This document shows positions 56,453 to 64,000 of a stretch of DNA of 64,000 nucleotides, piece by piece. The notes beneath the pieces were generated by a model. That model was not told the origin of the DNA. It did no database searches and worked only from the letters and a program-made list of their open reading frames with translations. Within the stretch, counting starts at the first letter, position 1; each line of letters begins with the position of its first letter. The position numbers were made by a program, and so were the translations under genes. The DNA lies in assembly GCA_951812505.1 (NCBI GenBank), contig CATOSI010000001.1, forward strand, positions 750,012 through 814,011. The letters run 5' to 3'. Source of the stretch: an uncultured Dehalococcoidia bacterium. GTDB taxonomy: Bacteria; Chloroflexota; Dehalococcoidia; Lucifugimonadales; UBA1123.

Positions 56453-56557
56453 TTCGGCGCAGTGGGTGGAATGCCGATTTCCCAGGGCTTATCGAGCACC
56501 CTTACCTTAGTACCGGGTCCAGATGATTATGATGCAAAGCAACCAGCCCCCACCCCT

Positions 56558-56729
56558 GGATTCCCGCCTTCGCGGGAATGACGAATCGCAGTTCACCCTC
56601 ACCCTAGCTCTCTCCCGTCGAGGGGGAGGGGATTTCAACATACAAATGACGAATGGGACTTGAAAGTACGCTGAATACAACAAAACTAAGTGGACATGGT
56701 ACTAGCCCTCCCCATCAAGGGAGAGGGGG
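56558..56729. repeat. Composite repeat cluster: a family-1 palindrome followed by two family-2 (CTCTCCC...GGGAGAGGG) elements
   Basis: ggattcccgccttcgcgggaatgacg lies at 56558-56583. caccctcaccctagctctctcccgtcgagggggaggggatttcaacatacaaatgacg lies at 56594-56651. ccctccccatcaagggagaggggg lies at 56706-56729. Confidence 0.8.
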
Positions 56730-56770
56730 CTTATCCGAGCAGGACCGGGCATGGATGGAGATATGAGTAG

Positions 56771-58063
56771 ATGATCGAGCGATACGCCCGACCACGCATG
56801 AAACAGGTGTGGTCGGACGAGAACAAGTACGACAAGTGGCTTCTGATAGAGCTTGCAGTGTGCGAAGCATGGATGCAGGCGGGGGTGATTCCCCAAGAGG
56901 ACATGGAAAAGCTGCGCGTCGCCACATACGACATAGAGCGTCTGAACGAGATACTCAGAGTCACCAGACATGATATGACGGCGTTTCTGGGATCCATGAC
57001 GGAGCAGCTTGGGCCGGAAGGCAGGTGGCTTCACCTGGGACTGACGACAAGCGACGTTTGGGACACCGCCACCAGCCTTCAGATGGTGGACGCGGCAGAC
57101 GCGCTCAACGACGAGATTGAAAGCTGCATCGCAACGCTCGCCGATCGGGCGCGCGAACATAAGGACACCCTGATGATGGGACGCACGCACGGCGTACACG
57201 CGGAACCCATCACGCTCGGGCTAAAGCTGGCGCTGTGGTGGGACGAGATGCGCCGGAACAAGGCTCGGCTGGCGCAGGCAAGAGCGGAAATCGCCGTCGG
57301 CAAGATCTCGGGGCCGGTCGGTACGCACGCTACAGTATCGCCGGAGATCGAAGAGATGGTCTGCGAACATCTTGGGCTCGCAGTAGCACCCGTATCGAAC
57401 CAGGTAATCCAGCGGGACCGCCACGCCAATTTCGTGACGACGCTCGCCGTAATAGCTGCGTCTTTAGAAAAGTTCGCTACCGAGATTCGAGGGCTGCAAC
57501 GCACCGAGATACGTGAACTCGAAGAGCCGTTTTCAGAGGGTCAGACGGGGTCCTCTTCAATGCCGCACAAACGCAACCCAGAGCTTACAGAGAGAGTCTG
57601 CGGGCTTGCGCGGCTGATTCGAGGGCATTCGGTTACTTCGCTGGAGAATGTCGCGCTGTGGGGCGAGAGGGACATCAGCCATTCGTCAGCCGAAAGGCTG
57701 ATACTTCCCGACTCCTGCATGGCTCTGGACTACATTCTCAACCTGTTCACGGGTGTCGTAGAGGGTATGAGTGTGTATCCGAAGCGCATGAAGGAGAACA
57801 TGGAACTCACACGAGGGCTGCTGTTCTCCCAGAGGCTCATGCTCACTCTCATAGAGAAGGGAATGAGCCGCGAGGACGCTTATAAGACAATGCAGAAGAA
57901 CGCAGCCCTGACGTGGGACGAGGACGACGACTTCCGTGAGCTGGTCCGAAAGGACACGGCAGTCTGCGAGAGGCTGGAAACTGGGGAACTGGACGATATA
58001 TTCGACTATGGATACTACGTCAGGTTTGTTGACGACGTGTTCGAGCGCGTGGGACTGAACTGA
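56771..58063 (+). CDS. purB: Adenylosuccinate lyase
   Basis: 430 aa. It begins MIERYARPRM and carries the signature SSSMPHKRNP. Confidence 0.92.
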   Translation: MIERYARPRMKQVWSDENKYDKWLLIELAVCEAWMQAGVIPQEDMEKLRVATYDIERLNEILRVTRHDMTAFLGSMTEQLGPEGRWLHLGLTTSDVWDTATSLQMVDAADALNDEIESCIATLADRAREHKDTLMMGRTHGVHAEPITLGLKLALWWDEMRRNKARLAQARAEIAVGKISGPVGTHATVSPEIEEMVCEHLGLAVAPVSNQVIQRDRHANFVTTLAVIAASLEKFATEIRGLQRTEIRELEEPFSEGQTGSSSMPHKRNPELTERVCGLARLIRGHSVTSLENVALWGERDISHSSAERLILPDSCMALDYILNLFTGVVEGMSVYPKRMKENMELTRGLLFSQRLMLTLIEKGMSREDAYKTMQKNAALTWDEDDDFRELVRKDTAVCERLETGELDDIFDYGYYVRFVDDVFERVGLN

Positions 58064-58090
58064 CGAATCACGAAACATTGGGAAAGAGCG

Positions 58091-58972
58091 ATGACACTAA
58101 CGACTGTACACGAAACCAACCTTCCGAACCTGCTGTACCGCGGCAAGGTCAGGGACACCTACCCAATTGACGATGAGAAGCTGTTGATGGTCGCTACGGA
58201 CCGAATCTCGGCATTCGACGTGGTGCTGCCCACGGGGATACCGGACAAGGGCGCGGTTCTGAACGGAATATCCGCGTTCTGGTTCGATAAGACGGCGCAC
58301 CTGGTCCCGAATCACCTGATCGAGATGGCCGTTGATCGTCCAGACCTGGACATTCCAGAGGAGATAGCCCGACGGGCCATGGTGGTCAAGAAGGCCGACC
58401 GCATAGACGTGGAGTGCGTCGTGCGCGGATTCATCACGGGGTCGGCGTGGTCGGAATACCGGCGTTCAGGTACCGTTCAGGACAAGCCTATGCCGGAGGG
58501 ACTGAGAGACGGAGACCCGTTCCCTGAAGTCCTTTTTACGCCGACGACGAAGGCGGAGGTAGGGCACGACGAGAACATGAGCTTCGAGGAAGTAGTGGAC
58601 ATGGTCGGCCAGGAGATGGCCGAACGCCTACGGGACACTACGATAGAAGTTTATGAGTACGCAAGGGACTATGCCCAGGAACGCGGGATCATCATAGCGG
58701 ACACCAAGATGGAGTTCGGGACGATTGACGGCGAACTGATTCTGATTGACGAACTGCTGACGCCCGATTCGAGCCGGTTCTGGGACGCTGAGGGATACGA
58801 GCCCGGGAAGTCTCAGCCGAGTTACGACAAGCAGTTCGTGCGGGACTGGCTGGACGACTTCGGTTGGGACCATGAGCCGCCCGCGCCCGAATTGCCTGAG
58901 GATGTCGTATCCCGGACGACCGAACTCTACGCAGAAGCGTATCTGAAATTGACCGGACTCGACCTGAAATAG
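58091..58972 (+). CDS. purC: Phosphoribosylaminoimidazole-succinocarboxamide (SAICAR) synthase
   Basis: 293 aa. Motifs: LYRGKVRD, ATDRISAFD, DTKMEFG and DKQFVRDW. Confidence 0.92.
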   Translation: MTLTTVHETNLPNLLYRGKVRDTYPIDDEKLLMVATDRISAFDVVLPTGIPDKGAVLNGISAFWFDKTAHLVPNHLIEMAVDRPDLDIPEEIARRAMVVKKADRIDVECVVRGFITGSAWSEYRRSGTVQDKPMPEGLRDGDPFPEVLFTPTTKAEVGHDENMSFEEVVDMVGQEMAERLRDTTIEVYEYARDYAQERGIIIADTKMEFGTIDGELILIDELLTPDSSRFWDAEGYEPGKSQPSYDKQFVRDWLDDFGWDHEPPAPELPEDVVSRTTELYAEAYLKLTGLDLK

Positions 58973-59011
58973 CATAATTGACTGTCAGCGTGAGTTGCGC
59001 ATGAAGGAAGT

Positions 59012-59057
59012 GGATTACCGCTTCCAATTTCCACGGTGACAGGCTTCGAGGGAATGA
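59012..59057. repeat. Family-1 repeat variant with the same 26-nt loop insertion as at 30834-30878
   Basis: ggattaccgc-ttccaatttccacggtgacaggcttc-gagggaatgac. Compare ggattcccgc-tccccgtctccacgaggacaggcttc-gcgggaatcac. Confidence 0.65.
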
Positions 59058-59122
59058 CAAGTGGCAGGGGGAAGATAACGTGCGACTTCCTGTTGAATAA
59101 GGGACTCTCGGTCAAGGCAGAT

Positions 59123-59767
59123 ATGTCAACTACATCCAATCGTTCAAGTGGAAGAATGACGCCGACGCAGGCGCGAGCCGCGCGACGACAGCGACGGCAG
59201 CGACGCAGGCGTGTTTACAGGTACGCTGGCGGAGTAGCGATAGGCTGCGTGGCCGGCGCCCTGATACTGTCGCTCTTCCTTCCGGGATTGCCGCTAGACA
59301 GTCTATTCCGGGGCGGCACACCTGAAGGGCCAGGAATTCGCATCGAGGACCAGGGTCGCGAACACGTCGCGCCCGGCGAGGAACATCCGGCATACAGTAC
59401 CCTGCCTCCCACATCAGGGTGGCACTACAATGTTCCTCTCGCCCCGGCCAGATGGGGAATATACGACGAGGAACTGGAAAACGAAATCCTTCTGCACAAT
59501 CTTGAACACGGCTATGTGAACGTCCACTATAACTGCCCCGACGGATGCGACGAACTTGTGGCACAGCTGACCGAGCTGGTGCAGGAAGGCGTCGACCGAG
59601 GGGGCAAGCTGCTGATGAGTCCGTATTCGGACATGGACAGCCGGGTCGCTCTGACGGCGTGGAACTTCATTGACCAGTTCGATGAGTTCGACGAAGACAG
59701 GGTAAGGGCATTCGTCAACGCACATGAGAGTTCCCCTAACGCTCCGGAGTGGAACGTATCAAGGTAG
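59123..59767 (+). CDS. DUF3105-domain membrane-anchored protein
   Basis: It has an Arg-rich N-terminus, a TM helix (GVAIGCVAGALILSLFL), then GWHY...LHNLEHGYVNVHY. I prefer the start at 59123. The track start at 59036 lies inside a repeat element. Confidence 0.72.
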   Translation: MSTTSNRSSGRMTPTQARAARRQRRQRRRRVYRYAGGVAIGCVAGALILSLFLPGLPLDSLFRGGTPEGPGIRIEDQGREHVAPGEEHPAYSTLPPTSGWHYNVPLAPARWGIYDEELENEILLHNLEHGYVNVHYNCPDGCDELVAQLTELVQEGVDRGGKLLMSPYSDMDSRVALTAWNFIDQFDEFDEDRVRAFVNAHESSPNAPEWNVSR

Positions 59768-59811
59768 GTGACCATGGTATCTCGGCACAGTCCAGCGATT
59801 TCGGCAGGCAT

Positions 59812-59859
59812 AGATTCCCGCCTACGCGGGAATGACGGAGAAGAATGCGGGAATGACGG
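59812..59859. repeat. Family-1 palindromic repeat plus an extra right-arm half copy
   Basis: agattcccgcctacgcgggaatgacgg, then gcgggaatgacgg. Confidence 0.8.
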
Positions 59860-59872
59860 AATTGGGTAGGCA

Positions 59873-60121
59873 ATGTTTATAGCAAAGGTCTATATCAGCC
59901 TGAAGCCGAGCGTGAACGATCCGCAGGGGCTGACCATACGGAGCGGTCTTCACCAGTTGGGCTTCGACTCGGTCCTGGATGTAAGGGCCGGCAAATATAT
60001 GGAGATCCGGGTAGATGAGGGGGAGGAGTCGGCGGCGCGAGATCGCGTATCTCAAATGTGCCGTCAACTGCTGGCGAACCCGATCATAGAGGACTTCAGG
60101 TTCGACTTAGAGACCATCTAG
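59873..60121 (+). CDS. purS: Phosphoribosylformylglycinamidine synthase subunit PurS
   Basis: 82 aa. It begins MFIAKVYISLKPSVNDPQG and ends ...LANPIIEDFRFDLE. Confidence 0.88.
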   Translation: MFIAKVYISLKPSVNDPQGLTIRSGLHQLGFDSVLDVRAGKYMEIRVDEGEESAARDRVSQMCRQLLANPIIEDFRFDLETI

Positions 60122-60165
60122 CGGATAATCTCGCGCCACTTCCCGACCACGCGAAACTTTCTTCT

Positions 60166-60191
60166 GGATTCCCGTTTTCACGGTAATGACG
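60166..60191. repeat. Degenerate family-1 palindromic repeat
   Basis: ggattcccgttttcacggtaatgacg. Confidence 0.65.
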
Positions 60192-60199
60192 ATACCTGA

Positions 60200-60817
60200 T
60201 TACTCGCTAATCGTCCCCTTGGTGCTGGGCACCTGCCCTGCCCTGCGCGGATCGGCCTCCAGCGCTGTCCTGAGCGACCTCGCCAAGCTCTTGAAGACTG
60301 CCTCCGCCTTGTGATGATTGTTTACGCCGGACAGCAAGCGGACGTGCAGGTTGAATCGACCCTCGCGGGCGAACGACTCCAGAAAGTGGCGCACAAGGTC
60401 CCCCGGCAGCCCGCCCATGTCACTGTCGCCGATCTCGGCTTCTATCACGGCATAGCCGCGGCCGCCGAAGTCCACGACAGTGAGAGCGAGTGTCTCGTCC
60501 AGCGGCATGTAGGTGTGAGCGGCGCGTCGGATACCGGCGCCGTTGCCGACAGCCTCGGACAACGCCCTACCGAGCACTATACCGAGATCTTCTACGAGGT
60601 GGTGCAGTCCGACATCAGTGTCTCCGCGCGCGGAAACCCTGAGATCAATGAGGCCATGCCTGGACAACTGCGCCAGCAGGTGCGTGAACATCCCGTTCAC
60701 GACATCCAGCTCGTATTCGCCGGATCCGTCAATATTGAGTTCGACGGAGATCTGGGTTTCGGCGGTGTTGCGCTCGATTCTGGCTGTCCTGGGGGCACGT
60801 TCGGTCATTTCTTCCAT
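60200..60817 (-). CDS. hisB: Imidazoleglycerol-phosphate dehydratase
   Basis: 205 aa. Motifs: RNTAETQISVELN, HHLVEDLGI and GVNNHHKAEA. Confidence 0.92.
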   Translation of the reverse strand: MEEMTERAPRTARIERNTAETQISVELNIDGSGEYELDVVNGMFTHLLAQLSRHGLIDLRVSARGDTDVGLHHLVEDLGIVLGRALSEAVGNGAGIRRAAHTYMPLDETLALTVVDFGGRGYAVIEAEIGDSDMGGLPGDLVRHFLESFAREGRFNLHVRLLSGVNNHHKAEAVFKSLARSLRTALEADPRRAGQVPSTKGTISE

Positions 60818-60833
60818 GTGTCAGTCTGTCCTA

Positions 60834-60860
60834 TGAATTCCCGCTTTCGCGGGAATGACG
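60834..60860. repeat. Family-1 palindromic repeat
   Basis: tgaattcccgctttcgcgggaatgacg. Confidence 0.8.
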
Positions 60861-60883
60861 GTAAACGTTGCCGGCCGCGTCGG

Positions 60884-62002
60884 TCATTGGGAAATCTCTC
60901 TCACGGCGTTGAGGAAAGCAGCATTCTCGTCCGGGGTCCCAATCGCCACTCTGAAGCAGTCGCGCAACCTGTCGGAACTGAAATTCCTGACGAATATACC
61001 GCGAGCGGCGAGTTGGTCGAACATCTGCTGGGCGTCTTCGGGACGGTCCATCTGGCAGAGTATGTAGTTGCCCTGGGACGGCCAGGGCTTGATGCCGTTA
61101 ATCTCAGACAGGCTCCCAAAGAGCGCCTCGCGGTCATCAACAATGCTCTGGACATTGCCGAGCAGATATTCGCTGTCTTCGAGCGAGGCTATCGCGGCAG
61201 CCTCGGCGGCGACATTGACGTTGTACGGGGACTTGATATCTATGATGTGATCCACTATGCCACTGCCCATTATGCCGTAGCCGACTCGAAGTCCGGCAAG
61301 TCCGGCCCACTTGCTCATGGTGCGGAGAATCACCAGGTTTTCATACTGCCCAATGAGATTTCCGACAGTCTCCTTGCTGAACTCGTAGTATGCCTCGTCA
61401 ATGACGACGATAAGGCCTGTGTCCAGCAGAGCGCGAACCTGTTCCTCTGACACCATGTTGCCAGTAGGGTTGTTGGGGGAGCTCAAGAAGATAATCTTGG
61501 TCTTGTCGTCTATGGCTTCACGTACGGCCTGAAGGTCAATTTCAAATAGCTCGTCGCGTTGGACGAGACGAAGTTCCCCGCCATTTATTCTGGCGCAGAA
61601 CGCGTACATGGCAAATGTTGGTTCGCAGTCGAGAATAACATCGCCAGGCTCGATAAAGAGCCTGAAAAGCAGGTCAATTAGTTCGTCGCTTCCGGCGCCC
61701 GCGATGATGTTTTCGGTCGGAAATCCGGTGTAATCGGAGAGCGAGGCGCGGAGATTGCGCTGGAACGGGTCAGGGTATATGTGCATGGGAGTCCTCGCCA
61801 TTGCCTCAGCAGCTTTGGGTGACGGCCCGTAGGGGTTCTCGTTGCCGTTCAGCTTGACTATGGACTTGGCGGGAATACCAGCCCTCTCGGCCAGCACTTC
61901 GGGAGGATCCACGGGCTGGTAGGTCTGTATAGAGGCCAAGTGGGGCCTGATTAGCTGTTCGATTCGGTTTTCAGGCATATCGGACTCCTGAGATGCTGTC
62001 AT
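60884..62002 (-). CDS. hisC: Histidinol-phosphate aminotransferase
   Basis: 372 aa. Motifs: KLNGNENPYGPSP, SPNNPTG and TMSKWAGLAGLRVGY. Confidence 0.9.
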   Translation of the reverse strand: MTASQESDMPENRIEQLIRPHLASIQTYQPVDPPEVLAERAGIPAKSIVKLNGNENPYGPSPKAAEAMARTPMHIYPDPFQRNLRASLSDYTGFPTENIIAGAGSDELIDLLFRLFIEPGDVILDCEPTFAMYAFCARINGGELRLVQRDELFEIDLQAVREAIDDKTKIIFLSSPNNPTGNMVSEEQVRALLDTGLIVVIDEAYYEFSKETVGNLIGQYENLVILRTMSKWAGLAGLRVGYGIMGSGIVDHIIDIKSPYNVNVAAEAAAIASLEDSEYLLGNVQSIVDDREALFGSLSEINGIKPWPSQGNYILCQMDRPEDAQQMFDQLAARGIFVRNFSSDRLRDCFRVAIGTPDENAAFLNAVREISQ

Positions 62003-62020
62003 TAAGTTGCGGAACGACGC

Positions 62021-63343
62021 TCAGGACAGTTCCTGGCGAATCTCGGCGGCCTCCGCATGTGCCGTCAAGCCCTCCGCGCGAGCAATTATTGCGGCTGTCC
62101 GCGACAGCGCAACCGACTCGGCATCTTCGAGGGCAATCACGGGAATAGTCTTCAGAAACTTGTGCACGCCCACACCGGAGTTGAACCTTGCGGTGCCGGA
62201 AGTAGGCATTACGTGGCTCGGGCCGGCGACATAATCTCCGAGAACCTCGTGGGAGAACTCTCCCACGAATACCGCACCGGCATTCCTTATCTTCCCTATC
62301 CAGGACCATGGATCGGCAACAGCAAGACACATATGCTCTGGCGCGAAGGCGTTAGCAAGTTCAATTGCCTGCTCAACATCTTCTACAACGGCGATAGTTC
62401 CCTGTCCCTCGACCGAAGCCCTTGCGACCGATTCTCGACTGAGTCTTCTGAGTCGGGTCTCGACTTCTCGGGCAACTTGCGCAGCGAGCTGTTCGGACGT
62501 GCAGACGAGTACAGGTCGAGCCATCGCATCATGTTCGGCTTGGGCGAGCATGTCAGCGGCGCAAAGAGTCGGGTTCGCTGAGGCATCGGCGACAATCAAT
62601 GTTTCGGTGGGACCGTAGAGGCCGTCTATACCTACATCGCCGTAAACCAACTTCTTAGCGAGGGTGACAAACAGGTTTCCGGGACCGCAGACCACATCCG
62701 CGGCGGGAACAGTCTCAGTTCCGTAAGCCATTGCCGCTATAGCCTGCGCGCCGCCAACGGCAAACACACGGTCAACACCGGCAATCTGAGAGGCGGCAAG
62801 TACGACAGGATCGGGCAGGCCGCCCTCCCTGGCCGGTGAGCAGAGCGTTATCTCGTCAACTCCAGCCACGCGCGCGGGAATCGCGGTCATAATCGCAGTC
62901 GAGGGAAGCGGAGCGCTGCCTCCGGGTATATACACCCCTACCCGCTCGCAAGGCCGGACAACAGCGCCATAACCGGCGGAGAAGTCCATCCAGTCGTTTG
63001 ACATGGAGGCTTCGTGGTAGCGGCGAACTCTGTCCGCGGAGAGTGACAGCGCCTCAAGGACAAGCGGATCGACAGAGTCGGCCGCTGACTTGACTACGTC
63101 CGGGTCAACTTCGATTCGTTCCTGTTCCGAGCCTTCAATAAGAAGCGAGAGGCGCCTAATCGCATCGTCTCCATTAGCCTTCACATCTTCTATAATGCGG
63201 GACACGACTTCCAGCGGAGTCAGTCGTTCTCCAAAAATCTGCTCGGAACTATCCAGAAATGCCTGCGGTACGCTTGATAAGTCAAGACGCCTGCCCTCTG
63301 ACAGAGCGGAGCGGGACTTCTCGTATCCCTTCACGACTTTCAT
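62021..63343 (-). CDS. hisD: Histidinol dehydrogenase
   Basis: 440 aa. Motifs: GVYIPGGSAPLPST, AQAEHD and EFSHEVLGDYVAGPSHVMPT. Confidence 0.92.
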   Translation of the reverse strand: MKVVKGYEKSRSALSEGRRLDLSSVPQAFLDSSEQIFGERLTPLEVVSRIIEDVKANGDDAIRRLSLLIEGSEQERIEVDPDVVKSAADSVDPLVLEALSLSADRVRRYHEASMSNDWMDFSAGYGAVVRPCERVGVYIPGGSAPLPSTAIMTAIPARVAGVDEITLCSPAREGGLPDPVVLAASQIAGVDRVFAVGGAQAIAAMAYGTETVPAADVVCGPGNLFVTLAKKLVYGDVGIDGLYGPTETLIVADASANPTLCAADMLAQAEHDAMARPVLVCTSEQLAAQVAREVETRLRRLSRESVARASVEGQGTIAVVEDVEQAIELANAFAPEHMCLAVADPWSWIGKIRNAGAVFVGEFSHEVLGDYVAGPSHVMPTSGTARFNSGVGVHKFLKTIPVIALEDAESVALSRTAAIIARAEGLTAHAEAAEIRQELS

Positions 63344-64000
63344 GACAGGTAGTCCCTAAGTGAGTCAACTATCGTCTCGACGGCCTCAGCTCTGAATTCC
63401 TCGACGCACGAGCGAGGAACATGTTCGTACAGGGTATCAAGCGAGTCGTCCACCGACACAAGGAAACGTTCAGTGTATGAATATGCCGGGTGGCTCTCAT
63501 CGCCCGCGGAGATGCGCCTGGCCATGAACCTTAGTCTCTCCCATGAAAAGCCGCCCGACATGACTCGTGCGACCCACTCCTTCCACTGTAGCAAGTCTTC
63601 CTGGGGAAGAAACTGTATATTCACATTTCTGGTGTCGGGGTCCATGCCGGCAACAGACCTCTGGACATCGTTCCAGACAGTCCTGTCGAAATCCAGTTGT
63701 AGGGCACGATCCCAGACCTTGGCCATCGCGTCGGTCTCGAACGCATTGGGCTGCCCGAAGTACGGCCTGAACATCCTCACGATGTACGATTCGTCCGCTA
63801 TAAGGTGCGTCATGTAACCGGCTATGAAGGCACGCATCGGGCCGTCGTGTTCCGCGGCCTCCATGAGCTCAGGATGGGCGACAAACATCGCGTCCACGCC
63901 GGTTCCAATCGTCTCGAAGTCCAGTTCGACGAAGTGGTACTCGGATCGGGCACGCTTCGTGAGCGCTCGTATGTCGGGAGAGGTCGAGCCCAGATAGAAG
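63340..64000 (-). CDS. Zinc-dependent phospholipase C-like (HxxxD) family protein; the N-terminus lies beyond the window end
   Basis: The frame stays open from 63897 to 64000: ...FYLGSTSPDIRALTKRARSEYHFVELDFETIGTGVDAMFVAHPEL... It contains GYMTHLIADESY. The stop overlaps the hisD start as ATGA. Confidence 0.5.
   Translation of the reverse strand, partial: FYLGSTSPDIRALTKRARSEYHFVELDFETIGTGVDAMFVAHPELMEAAEHDGPMRAFIAGYMTHLIADESYIVRMFRPYFGQPNAFETDAMAKVWDRALQLDFDRTVWNDVQRSVAGMDPDTRNVNIQFLPQEDLLQWKEWVARVMSGGFSWERLRFMARRISAGDESHPAYSYTERFLVSVDDSLDTLYEHVPRSCVEEFRAEAVETIVDSLRDYLS

Noticed and set aside
52870-56770. Purine or guanine riboswitch, or other leader RNA, upstream of guaA, purE or purB.
   Set aside because: The spacers are short or occupied by the repeat elements. 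I could not find the conserved riboswitch junction motifs by eye. A covariance-model scan would be needed.

Overview
A gene-dense chromosomal segment of about 60 genes. It is mostly high G+C: one hand-counted 100-nt sample in a core gene gave about 68%. The source looks like an uncultivated bacterium. A DapL-type lysine pathway, an archaeal-type ApgM, an NAD-type formate dehydrogenase, a tungsten-type AOR and a dense REP-like repeat family are compatible with a marine Chloroflexota/SAR202-like lineage, but this is inference only because no database search was possible.

Layout:
- 1-16750 is one co-directional minus-strand block. It runs fhs, VapBC, moeA, moeA-PBP, mobA, moaD, aor, fdsG/fdsB-like, DUF433/DUF5615, fdhA (Cys type), then a lower-G+C pair: a GNAT/PIN-like/GNAT-like/ASCH fusion protein and a stand-alone ASCH gene.
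- 16.9-21.1 kb holds a Zn-ADH, a tandem-duplicated unknown protein, an MFS transporter and a Uma2 nuclease.
- 21.3-23.6 kb is an AT-rich two-gene cassette (unknown protein plus HTH-ImmA/IrrE) next to the frameshifted C-terminal remnant of a type IIG/ISP/PglX-like methyltransferase.
- The rest holds aroC, glcDEF, a DUF255 thioredoxin protein, a Trx-like/NHL protein, tenA, tRNA-Arg(UCU), smpB, ctp, an orphan wHTH/TIR-like candidate, hflX, dapL/dapF, miaA, tpiA-apgM-pgk, tsaC, guaA, purD/E/B/C/S and hisBCD.

Most notable observations:
1. The GNAT-ASCH module at the window start.
2. An in-frame TGA at the first Cys of the CxxC motif of the Trx-like/NHL protein, with a hairpin 18 nt downstream. This makes it a candidate selenoprotein.
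3. The low-G+C ImmA/IrrE cassette beside the RM remnant.
4. A dispersed palindromic repeat family (GGATTCCCGC-CTTC-GCGGGAATGACG, at least 13 loci) that also remodels ORF ends.
5. Tandem ACTGA(A/T)A heptamer leaders upstream of several genes.
6. An unusual 36/36-bp repeat/spacer structure at 25142-25389.

All functional calls rest on my own reading of the translated motifs. No homology search was run.
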